From: Malacoraja senta | Lineage: Eukaryota | Direction: 5' to 3' | NCBI GenBank assembly: GCA_038087875.1 | Contig: CM075996.1 | Location: forward strand, 1 to 64,000 | Length of the DNA stretch: 64,000 nucleotides | Shown: positions 36,701 through 43,656 of the stretch, piece by piece | Position numbering within the stretch: the first letter of the stretch is position 1 | Layout of the letters: each line of letters starts with the position of its first letter | The notes under the pieces: generated by a model | Databases searched by the model: none | What the model saw: the letters and a program-made list of their open reading frames with translations, nothing else | What the model was told of the DNA's origin: nothing | Program-made: the position numbers and the translations under genes

Positions 36701-39700
36701 CATTTCCCACGCATGTACCAGTCCAAATGTCTTTTACATGGTGTCATAGTACCTACCTCAACTGCATCCTCTGGCACCTCGTTCCATTTACCCACCATTC
36801 TCTGTGGAAAAAGTTGCCCCTCAGGCTCCTATTAAATCTTTCCCCCCTCACCTTAAACCTATGTCCTGTTCTTGCTTTTCCCCTACTCTGGGTGAATGAC
36901 TTAGTGCATTGATCCTATTTATTACCCTCAAGATTTTATAACCTCCTTAAGATCACCCGTGTACGCTTCAAGGAAAATAGTCCTAGCCAGTCCAGCCTCT
37001 CTGTATAGTTCAGGCCCTCAAGCGCTGGCAACAGCCTTGTAAATCTGCACTCTTTTCAGTTTAACAACATCCTTCCTATAGCATGATGACCAAAACTGAA
37101 CACAATAGACAATAGGTGCAGGAGTAGGCCATTCGGCCCTTCGAGCCAACACAGCCATTCAATGTGATCATGGCTGATCATCCCCAATCAGTACCCCGTT
37201 CCTGCCTTCTCCCCATATCCCCTGACTCCGCTTGTTTTAAGAGCCCTATCTAGCTCTCTCTTGAAAGCATCCAGAGAACCGGCCTCCACCACCCTCTGAG
37301 GCAGAGAATTCCACAGACTCACCACTCTCTGTGAGAAAAGGTGTTTCCTCTTCTCCGTTCTAAATGGCTTACTCCTTATCTCCTAACTCCAAATGAATAC
37401 TCCAAATGTGACCTCCCCAATGCCATGTACAACTGTGCTTTATAGGACAATATATATTGCTCTTTATAATTCATGTGATATATAATATGAAATTTGCTGT
37501 GCATTGTTTTAAATTAAAATGTAATTAAGCAGATTATGTTGTACATAAACTACATTGTTTTCTGCAATAAAGTTGAAGAGGCAACACATGGGTTAAGTTA
37601 GACAAAACTATAATTTCAATTCTATGTGTTCCTTCTAAACACTGCAATTCCTTCCTTGTTTTATTATATTCCGCCCTTAGATCCTCTACCTTCTCAGTTT
37701 CCTTGGTCCAAACAGTATTCTTTCCCTTTCTACTATGCATAATATCGCGATTCACTGTTATGGGGGTTCTACTAATACACAATTTTGTTTCTCTGACTTT
37801 GTTGGTAAGATTGACTTTAGGAATGCAAGATGAAACTGATTAACTGTTAATTTGATAATATTTGCACTTTCCTACAAATGTAGAGTAGGGATTATTAGAG
37901 ATGTGTGCTAAAATCAATTTTCCTTTTTGTTTTATACTTGTACGTGAATCTTTAGAATGATTTTAGTATATTATGGTGTTGTTTGGCCCCCTTAGTTTGG
38001 GGATTTTGATTCAGTCTCGCTGGTTCTTTTGTTATATTAACCGGCTTATGATCATGTTGTTCCAGCCAAGTTCAGTGACTTCAAGTCGACGTGGTCTCCA
38101 GATCCAATTGGACATCCCAGGATGTGGAAAAATCAGATGTCATCTAAAAACACTAACCCGCCAACACGGCCGCCACCAGGACTGACTAATCAGAAACCTC
38201 CGTCATTTCCGTGGGGCAGTGGAACGCCCCGGTTCAGCAGAGGATGGGGCATGCAAGAGTCACGATATGCCCTTAGTGCGTACCTTACTACCTGTTTTTT
38301 CGCTCATCCGTATTCTGTCTCTCTATATCTCTTTACCCAATTCAAAGTTATTCTATCAGATTAATTCCGTGGGTTCACATCCTTGTTTTGGGTATGCATA
38401 CATAATTAGTGAAAGGACATCCTAAGGCTCGCGTCAAGCCCTGACTCGGTCCAGCTGAACTCTGTGGCTGAAAAATTGTCCTGGGAGAATGAAGATCTAT
38501 ATACATGTTTAGGCTGATCTCTTCTCCAGTAAGGAAAACATATTGATCAGATGGTAAATTGGATGGTGCAATGTATGGGTTTAATCCTGACAAGTACAAG
38601 GTGACATATTTTGGGATGGCTTGTAACGATAGGGCTACACCATAAATGGTGGTGTTCTTAGGCAGTATTGATCAGAGGGAGCATGTCCCTCAAGGTGGCA
38701 GTACAAGTAGGTAAGGTGGTGAAGAATACACTTGAGGTGAGGTCTGCATTGGAATATAAGAATGGGAAGAGCATGGTGCAACTTTAGCAAACCTGGTTTA
38801 AGCCACACTTTCTTCTTCTTCTTGCATATGGCGTGCACAGCCTAAAGTTGTAGGACAACTTGTTCTATTTGATCTTATTTGATTGTGCACACCAGGTTGA
38901 TTGCATTTGTCGAAACAGGGCGGACCACATGAAGGTTGCAATCTCCCACCCCAAGCCACAGCTGGAGTATTGTGTGTAGTTCTGGTTGTCGATGTACAGG
39001 AAGATCACACGAGGGTGCTGGAGATTTACCAAGATGTTGCCTTGGATTGAATGCCTCAGTTATGAGGAGAGGCTGGACAGGTTGGGTTATATTTCAAGGG
39101 GGGGGGGGGGGGGGGGCTGAAGGGGAACCTGATAGATGAGTACAAAATTATGGGAGGCATGGATAGGGTGGATGCTGCAATTAAGAATGTTGTTATTCTG
39201 TTTTGGGACCTATGACAATAAAACCCTCTTGCTTTCACTCTTGATGTCTAAAACTAGGGGACATGGGTTTAAAATGAGGGGTAAAAGGGTTAAAGGGGGT
39301 TCAAGGTAAAAATAAATGGATGATTGGAAACTGCCTGAGAAGATGGTGAAGGCAGGTTTACTCACAACATTTAAAAAGATAAAGTACTTGAATTGCCAAG
39401 GCATATAAGGTTATGGACTAAGTGGTGGTAAATGGGATTGGTATAGATGTGTATTTGATGCTCAGAATGGACACTTTGGGTCAAAGAACCTGTTACTGTT
39501 GTATGACTCAAAATGCTGTATACCAGATGCGGCATCCTCTGGAGTGGCATTAAATCAAGGCATTGAATCCTCGAGCAGAAGTAAAAGAAGCCACTATTGG
39601 CTTTTACAAACAGATTTTGCAGTCAGCCAGATTGTGTTTCTGTTCACGGAATTTTGCTGCGCTTGTATTTCCTTGCAATACTCACAGCAATTGCATATCA

Positions 39701-42700
39701 GACTTCAATCTTATTGAATGGTGGAGCAAGCTTGAAGTAGTGTGTGGTCTCCTGTATCTGATATTCTGCAATCTTAGAAATGTAAATGTTCTGAGCCTGC
39801 ATTAAAAGATAATATTGGCTGTAAAGTATTTTATTGACTCTTGTGGATGCATGAGTTTCTTCCTCCAAACTTATCAGTAATTAATAACAGTGCCCCATAA
39901 AATTTCAATTTTGCTCTGTTTCCTAGAGTTAATGAAGTTTAGAGTTTCTTATCTGTCACATCACATCTATTAAACTGGCTGCTTGCCATTTGCAGGAATA
40001 AAGCCTTAACGAGAACTGTACCTCATCTCCTCCTCTTTCTCTAGGTTCCAACTGGAGTGATGGCAATTCGGGTGGATCTGGCCGAGTCAGCTCCTGGCTT
40101 GTTCTTCATAATCTCACTCCACAGGTAACGGCGTTAAGCTTATCATTGACAAGAGGCATGTGACAGCGTTGGTTGTGATTCCAGATGGGTTTATAATGTT
40201 TCCTCTGGACGTTCATTCAGCATCATGGTCACATCGTGTCAGCTGGCATTGCATACAAGTCTCGGCATCCACCAGCCTTCAAGTATAAGCAAGTAGATTT
40301 TCCCAAAGACAAGGCACGGTGGCGTAGAGGTAGAGTGTCTGCCTTCCAGTGCCAGAGACCCGGGTTCGATCCTGATTACGGGTGATTTCTATACTTTCTC
40401 TCTTTGACCGTGCGGGTTTTCTCCGGGTGCTCCGGTTTCCTCCTACATTCAAAAGACACAGGTTTATAGGTTAATTTGGTTTTGGTAATGATTGTAAATT
40501 GATCCTAGTGTGTGTTGGTATATGGGGGGTCAATGATCGGCGCAGACTCGATGTTGAACTGTAGCTAATATCCTATACAGATTATAAGGAAAGATTAAAT
40601 TACAGAGCAGCAAGGAACGAAAAACTAATTGAGACAGGGTGGGAGATCTACTGATGCAAAGGAGCCAGAAACAGTCTGCCAAGGAAGGGGAACGTAGAAT
40701 TTCCTGAAAGCTTTGTATTATGAGGGCAGTAAATTGCAGAGCACCGTGGTGTAAGCCTGACAATTTGAAACTGCCGTTGTTAATTGAACTACCTATTATT
40801 TTCCAGCAAGTGTAGTGGCACTTGGTTTAATGTTTAAAAGCAAAGACGTGGATATCGCTGTCAAAAAACAAACTCAAATATAATCTGTGGGGAAAAGACT
40901 TAGAAATTATGACACCTGATCTGATGAATAGTTTTTAAGCTGAAAAGTGACGTTTCTTTTTCCATGGATATTACTTGATCAATAGGGTAGTTTAGTTTAG
41001 CATGGAAACAGGCCCTTTGATCCACCCAGTCCATGCTGTCCAACGATCACTCTCAGCAATTTCATCTCTCACAATGTCCTAGGATACACTTTGTCGAGTC
41101 GCTGGGATTTGAACAGTTTGACACATCTCAAAACCACCAACTTTGTACTCTTACTACTCTTTTGTAATGTCTGTGTTTCAGGGCATCATTATTCTTATCT
41201 ATGAATTTCCTAGCCTCCATGACCTTCTCAACAGTAAATATAGTTGAGAAGTATTCATTCAAGACTCTTGTGACTCTACACTGATACTTGATCTGCCAAG
41301 GATGTCTTGCATCTCCTTTTTGCTCTCCTGATATCCTTTGTAGCACAGTCCTACATCCTTTGTTCCTTAGACCCAGCTACCTAACCTGACATGCTTCAAT
41401 ATTCCTCGTCAACCAGGTTTCCCAATTCTGCCAACCTAGCCCTTGACTCTAGTAGGGACTTGATGTTCCTGAACCCCACCCATTTTGCTTTTATCAGCCT
41501 CCCACTTGCCAGACGCCCTTTAGCTGCAAATTGCCTCTCCCAATCAACCTTTGCAAGTTCCAGTTTAATGGCATCAAAATTAGTTGTGCCCCAATTTAGA
41601 AATTGAAGGCAGTGGGGAAGAAAAGTTAGCAGGTGTTGCTCCAGGGCATTTGGAAGCTTTGCTCTTTGGTTGATATAATTGATCTGTGCTGTGTTTGGGT
41701 TTTTTGGATGCATTTCCAGGTCAGGACTTGGCAGGGCAGATAACAAGATCACAGCTTGTGTGAAAATTGATGCATACCAAATGACTACTGGCCTTTGGCT
41801 GGGAAAAGTAGAGTGAGAGGTGTTGGGATTGCACTCCAGCATTATACTCCTTCATTGGAAAAGTCCTAAACACTTGCTGTATACCCAATTATGAAATCAT
41901 TTGGATGGGTGACAAACAGTTATAATTGAGGAAGGTGCTAGACCCTCATCAAAGCTTTGAGGAACAATTTTTAAAAAAAGGCAATTTAATTGAAAGAGTT
42001 TAATATTGCGTCCTCTCAGATTGATGGCTCCACTCTCCGAACAATCTGCATGCAGCATGGGCCGCTGATAACATTCCACCTGAACCTGACGCACGGCACC
42101 GCATTGGTCCGGTACAGCACCAAACAAGAGGCTGCCAAGGCCCAGACTGCGCTGCACATGTAAGTATCTGTTGTGCTGTTATCATGTTGTGTTTTGAAAA
42201 TTCTTCTCCTCAAGGTCAGAACAGTGGCGTAGCGGTAGAGTTGCTGTCTTACAGTGCCAGAGACCCAGGTTCGATCCTGACTACGGGTTCTGCCTGCAGA
42301 GTTTGTATGTTTTCCCCGTCTCTGGGTGCTCTGGTTTCATCCCACACTCCACAAAGACATACAGGTTTGTAGACTAATCGGCTTCTGTTAAATTATCCCT
42401 AGTATATGTAGGATAGTGTTAGTGTGTGGAGATCACTGGCTGGCATGGACTCGGTGGACCTAAGGCCCTGTGGCCCGCTGTATCTCTAAACTGGCTTTGA
42501 GATAAGATGATTTCTCAGGCTGCTTCCTCCCTACCTAACTGAATTGCTCCATAGTCAGGAAGGTGACAGCAATCTATTCACAAACTGTTGACACCAGATC
42601 TCCTTTCAGTATTGCATTCTGTTTTGAATTTTGATGACTGAGGAGAATGCATACAGAAACACACAATTAAAACAGCAAGTGAACCTTCACTTGCAATGAG

Positions 42701-43656
42701 AAGAGTTATTTCTGCTGGAGCTTTAAAGCTGCCAATATTGGGAAGCACAAATGAAAAAAGAAAATGCTGGAAATCCCCAACAGAGAGCTAGTATCTGAAA
42801 GGGAAACGGCAGGTTAGAACCATGATTGGGTGCGTTTCATCAAAGTTCATAGCATTAGAGCGGTGCTGAAAACTCCACTACACATTTACAGCATTTTTCT
42901 CTCTTTGTTTTCAATGGTTTGTAACACCACTGCAACAGAATGGTTGCTTTTCTGTTTTGGGTGGCGTTAATCAATCGGGGTTGAGGAAATAAAGCAGTAG
43001 TTGACCAAGTAGTGTTGAGTTTCTGGCAAACAGTGAATTGTCACAGGATGAGATTGCCAAATCTCAGTTCTCTCAGATCACTTGGCTCGTGAATTTATGT
43101 ATCCAATGCTTTACCAGGTTGATGCAGATGAATTAATAATCCCACTTTTGGGGAAGTAAATTAAAAATTTAGTATGGAGAAAGAAAAATAAAACAATATG
43201 CTGCTTCTTCACCATTAACATTTTTGAGCACTTTTCAGTGTCTCAGTGTCTTCCTTGAAACAATTCCCTGTTATTTTATTTTGCAGGTGTGTGTTGGGGA
43301 ACACTACCATCCTTGCTGAGTTTGTCAGTGAAGAGGAAGTCAACCGCTATTTTGCACAAGGTCAGTTATCGACACCTTCCCCAGGCTGGCAGACGCTGGA
43401 GACAGGACAGAGTCAGATGGATCCAGTGGGGAGCAGCCTGCATTCGTTCGGAGGCCGGGCCAGCCTGGGACAGTGGAACAGTGCCGGAGGAGTGGGCAGG
43501 GGTAGTGGGAACTTGGCGGGAGCTTCGCTCTGGGCGACCCCGAGCTACACGGCAAGCTTGTGGGGTGCCCCGAATTCTGACGATTCGCACCGAATGGGCA
43601 GTCCAGCGCCCCTACTACCTGGTGACCTCCTGGGTGGAGGGGCTGATTCAATTTGA
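3453..43656 (+). CDS. TNRC6B: TNRC6B (GW182 family), multi-exon CDS, 5'-partial; 19 coding exons in window
   Basis: GT-AG exons join in frame (5324 nt, starting in phase 1). Translation shows the GW/WG-rich Ago-binding region, Q-rich region, PAM2 ([14 protein letters not shown]), RRM and C-terminal [20 protein letters not shown], matching recalled vertebrate TNRC6B. Confidence 0.95.
3950..4166 (+). mobile_element. Rex1/Babar-type LINE 3' fragment
   Basis: KKLQTVV-like coding remnant plus a ttcactgtac...acatgac...aataaac tail. Confidence 0.5.
4746..6514 (-). mobile_element. Tc1 (DD34E, IR/DR type) transposon copy 1, defective
   Basis: TA|CAGTG...CACTG|TA ends; transposase fragments ([20 protein letters not shown]); right TIR mostly deleted; interrupted by CR1. 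Confidence 0.9.
5333..5661 (-). mobile_element. Young CR1 (HER1-like) LINE 3' fragment inside Tc1
   Basis: ORF 5415-5648 [33 protein letters not shown] is a CR1 ORF2 C-terminus; absent from Tc1 copy 2. Confidence 0.85.
7143..7420 (-). mobile_element. CR1 3' fragment
   Basis: ggaaacagacctttcagccc...ggcccatatccctctaaacc 3' end motif. Confidence 0.7.
7700..10126 (+). CDS. TNRC6B: TNRC6B large GW-repeat exon (Argonaute-binding domain)
   Basis: PolyT-ctag acceptor at 7699, donor g|gtaagc at 10127. Contains [19 protein letters not shown] and [24 protein letters not shown]; lies within ORF 7621-10215. Confidence 0.96.
10850..10918. mobile_element. Short inverted Penelope-derived repeat
   Basis: aaggaactacagatgctgg joined to acccgctgagttactccagcattttg; flanked by duplicated gaaattat. 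Confidence 0.55.
11075..11330 (+). mobile_element. Ancient DeuSINE (AmnSINE1/SacSINE1-like) relic
   Basis: cgtaaaagatctcatggca...ttgctgtttgtgggag...acacttcaaaagta resemble the recalled Deu-domain consensus. Confidence 0.55.
14227..14411 (+). CDS. TNRC6B: TNRC6B exon (GSKSMQDGW...GGKKNHK)
   Basis: tttcag acceptor, aag|gtaaga donor; phase 1-0. Confidence 0.92.
14680..14850 (+). mobile_element. Penelope-derived repeat with degenerate hammerhead core
   Basis: cagtCTGAAGAaaggttccaactcGAAAcatc...gatgctgcctgaccc...gagttactccagcattttgtg. Confidence 0.65.
15205..15428 (-). mobile_element. SINE-like element with B-box and Rex1-type tail
   Basis: Minus strand GGTTCGATTCCC B-box and a 3' end ttcactgtacc...gacaataaactgacccttgacc. 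Confidence 0.4.
16020..16129 (+). repeat. 110-bp direct repeat, copy 1
   Basis: Matches 17735-17844 with 5 mismatches. Confidence 0.9.
16290..17350 (+). mobile_element. Old degraded CR1 LINE (RT region to 3' end)
   Basis: Remnants of KAFD, WQMEFN.GKCEV and YCIQF motifs, plus a 3' tail. Confidence 0.6.
17370..17562 (+). mobile_element. Penelope-derived repeat with hammerhead core
   Basis: CTGAAGA-A-GGGTC-TC-GACCT-GAAAC-GCC at 17432-17459, followed by the family 3' sequence. Confidence 0.7.
17735..17844 (+). repeat. 110-bp direct repeat, copy 2
   Basis: Matches 16020-16129. Confidence 0.9.
18170..18244 (+). CDS. TNRC6B: TNRC6B exon ([25 protein letters not shown])
   Basis: ttcctccag acceptor, ctg|gtaaga donor; 75 nt. 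Confidence 0.92.
19853..19901 (+). CDS. TNRC6B: TNRC6B exon ([16 protein letters not shown])
   Basis: tttgcag acceptor, g|gtgagt donor; 49 nt; matches the KMDLSVG segment. Confidence 0.88.
20762..20908. mobile_element. Palindromic Penelope-derived insertion within a CR1 relic
   Basis: Inverted arms gtcgggcagcatct / agatgctgcccgac. Confidence 0.6.
21088..21296 (+). mobile_element. Young CR1 3' fragment
   Basis: ctgccacagaaggtagttgaggcc...gggccgaatggcctactcctgcacctat; same subfamily as 5333 and 37108. Confidence 0.8.
21473..21618 (+). CDS. TNRC6B: TNRC6B exon ([12 protein letters not shown]...DSGPYFEK)
   Basis: tttctttcag acceptor, aag|gtgagg donor. Confidence 0.93.
22211..22493 (-). mobile_element. 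V-SINE
   Basis: tRNA-like head, V-domain and CR1-like tail on the minus strand. Confidence 0.75.
22926..23863 (+). mobile_element. V-SINE interrupted by a hAT-like element
   Basis: Head and V-domain 22926-23101; tail 23750-23863 ending (ctaaa)n. Confidence 0.75.
23102..23751 (+). mobile_element. Internally deleted hAT-like DNA transposon
   Basis: Starts CAGAGCTGCCA; subterminal TACGG repeats; remnant [24 protein letters not shown] and YAF-C-T-L zinc-finger-like N-terminus; right end degenerate. Confidence 0.5.
24757..24927 (+). CDS. TNRC6B: TNRC6B symmetric, likely alternative, exon ([17 protein letters not shown]...NLNARH)
   Basis: cttcag acceptor, cac|gtaagg donor; 171 nt, phase 0-0. Confidence 0.9.
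25980..26560 (-). mobile_element. Rex1/Babar-type LINE 3' fragment
   Basis: Minus translation LPSGKMY...[17 protein letters not shown]. Confidence 0.7.
26167..26340. mobile_element. Palindromic Penelope-derived insertion with 12-bp TSD
   Basis: 67-nt inverted arms 26204-26270 / 26273-26339; TSD AGGTAGATAGTA 26155-26166 and 26341-26352. Confidence 0.8.
27047..27181 (+). CDS. TNRC6B: TNRC6B exon ([16 protein letters not shown]...QFLPPPQ)
   Basis: atacag acceptor, cag|gtacgt donor; 135 nt. Confidence 0.9.
27849..27983 (+). CDS. TNRC6B: TNRC6B exon (VPAPMLK...[17 protein letters not shown])
   Basis: ttgcag acceptor, ttg|gtgagt donor; 135 nt. Confidence 0.92.
28228..29809 (-). mobile_element. 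Tc1 (DD34E, IR/DR type) transposon copy 2, near full length
   Basis: TA|CAGTG...CACTG|TA; ~220-bp TIRs with inner and outer direct repeats (cca..atgtttgggaca). Confidence 0.93.
28476..29452 (-). pseudogene. Tc1 transposase pseudogene
   Basis: HTH N-terminus (GRPR), TAG-TGA before [11 protein letters not shown]...DLNPIE with D-34-E spacing, internal deletion and frameshift. Confidence 0.9.
30015..30110 (+). CDS. TNRC6B: TNRC6B Q-rich exon ([32 protein letters not shown])
   Basis: cacacag acceptor, caa|gtatgt donor; 96 nt. Confidence 0.93.
30312..30592 (+). mobile_element. V-SINE inserted in a CR1 relic (about 30225-30800)
   Basis: Full head, V-domain and tail; flanks translate as [12 protein letters not shown] (CR1). 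Confidence 0.78.
32064..32265 (+). CDS. TNRC6B: TNRC6B exon ([11 protein letters not shown]...[16 protein letters not shown])
   Basis: ttccatag acceptor, g|gtgagt donor. Confidence 0.92.
32382..32537 (+). CDS. TNRC6B: TNRC6B exon (GMGSNMNV...[11 protein letters not shown]...LKN)
   Basis: atttcag acceptor after a 116-nt intron, g|gtaact donor; contains the CCR4-NOT-interacting SRLxxW-type motif. Confidence 0.9.
33070..33815 (-). mobile_element. CR1 LINE fragment
   Basis: Minus [18 protein letters not shown] and a CR1 3' tail. Confidence 0.7.
34171..34335 (+). CDS. TNRC6B: TNRC6B exon (AISSSMAPP...SSWPP)
   Basis: tatacag acceptor, cag|gtcaga donor; 5' half of PAM2. Confidence 0.9.
35372..35890 (+). 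mobile_element. V-SINE interrupted by a palindromic insertion
   Basis: Well-preserved A/B boxes (tggcgcagcagtag, gggttcgatcc) and V-domain. Confidence 0.82.
35545..35765. mobile_element. Palindromic Penelope-derived insertion with 14-bp TSD
   Basis: ~81-nt inverted arms 35545-35625 / 35650-35730; TSD CAGGTTTGTAGATT 35531-35544 and 35766-35779. Confidence 0.82.
36047..36193 (+). CDS. TNRC6B: TNRC6B exon ([21 protein letters not shown]...LLRDRST)
   Basis: ttacag acceptor, cag|gtatga donor; 3' half of PAM2. Confidence 0.94.
36453..36548 (+). CDS. TNRC6B: TNRC6B exon ([20 protein letters not shown]...)
   Basis: ccacag acceptor, cag|gttagg donor; 96 nt. Confidence 0.93.
36595..37435 (-). mobile_element. 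CR1 fragment with a nested younger CR1 (37108-37380)
   Basis: Minus [19 protein letters not shown]...KRHLD; second CR1 tail caataggtgcaggagtaggcc at 37110. Confidence 0.75.
38066..38275 (+). CDS. TNRC6B: TNRC6B exon ([16 protein letters not shown]...[11 protein letters not shown]...RYAL)
   Basis: ttccag acceptor; weaker donor tta|gtgcgt gives the phase 1 needed for the next exon. Confidence 0.88.
38808..38952 (-). mobile_element. 145-bp non-autonomous retroposon with an HDV-like ribozyme head and (AAG)n tail
   Basis: Flanked by the 8-bp duplication AAGCCACA (38800-38807, 38953-38960) inside a CR1 relic; the minus strand ends ...GCCATATGCAAGAAGAAGAAGAAAG. Confidence 0.85.
38899..38952 (-). 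ncRNA. Minimal HDV/CPEB3-like self-cleaving ribozyme (predicted)
   Basis: GGGGUGG GA GAUUGCA ACC UUCAUGU GGU CCGCCCU GU UUCGA CAAA UGCAAUC = P1, J1/2, P2, P3, L3, P3', P1', P1.1, residual P4, J4/2 with catalytic C, P2'. Confidence 0.8.
40045..40124 (+). CDS. TNRC6B: TNRC6B exon (SNWSDG...[10 protein letters not shown]), start of RRM
   Basis: ttctctag acceptor, cag|gtaacg donor. Confidence 0.93.
40312..40555 (+). mobile_element. V-SINE
   Basis: tRNA head (ccgggttcgatcc) and V-domain gggttttctccgggtgctccggtttcctcc. Confidence 0.78.
41100..41600 (-). mobile_element. CR1 ORF2 internal fragment
   Basis: Minus ORFs [21 protein letters not shown] and [13 protein letters not shown]. Confidence 0.6.
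42020..42159 (+). CDS. TNRC6B: TNRC6B RRM exon ([23 protein letters not shown]...AQTALH)
   Basis: ctctcag acceptor, at|gtaagt donor. Confidence 0.95.
42221..42492 (+). mobile_element. V-SINE
   Basis: Head, V-domain and tail ending tatctctaaac. Confidence 0.78.
43287..43656 (+). CDS. TNRC6B: TNRC6B last coding exon ([12 protein letters not shown]...[10 protein letters not shown])
   Basis: ttttgcag acceptor; TGA stop at 43654-43656. Confidence 0.95.

Larger units (their letters stand above)
38540..39510 (+). mobile_element. CR1 LINE fragment hosting the ribozyme-headed element
   Basis: FNPDK..V..FG, LV.PQLEYCV and KTRGHGFK remnants, plus a 3' tail. Confidence 0.72.
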
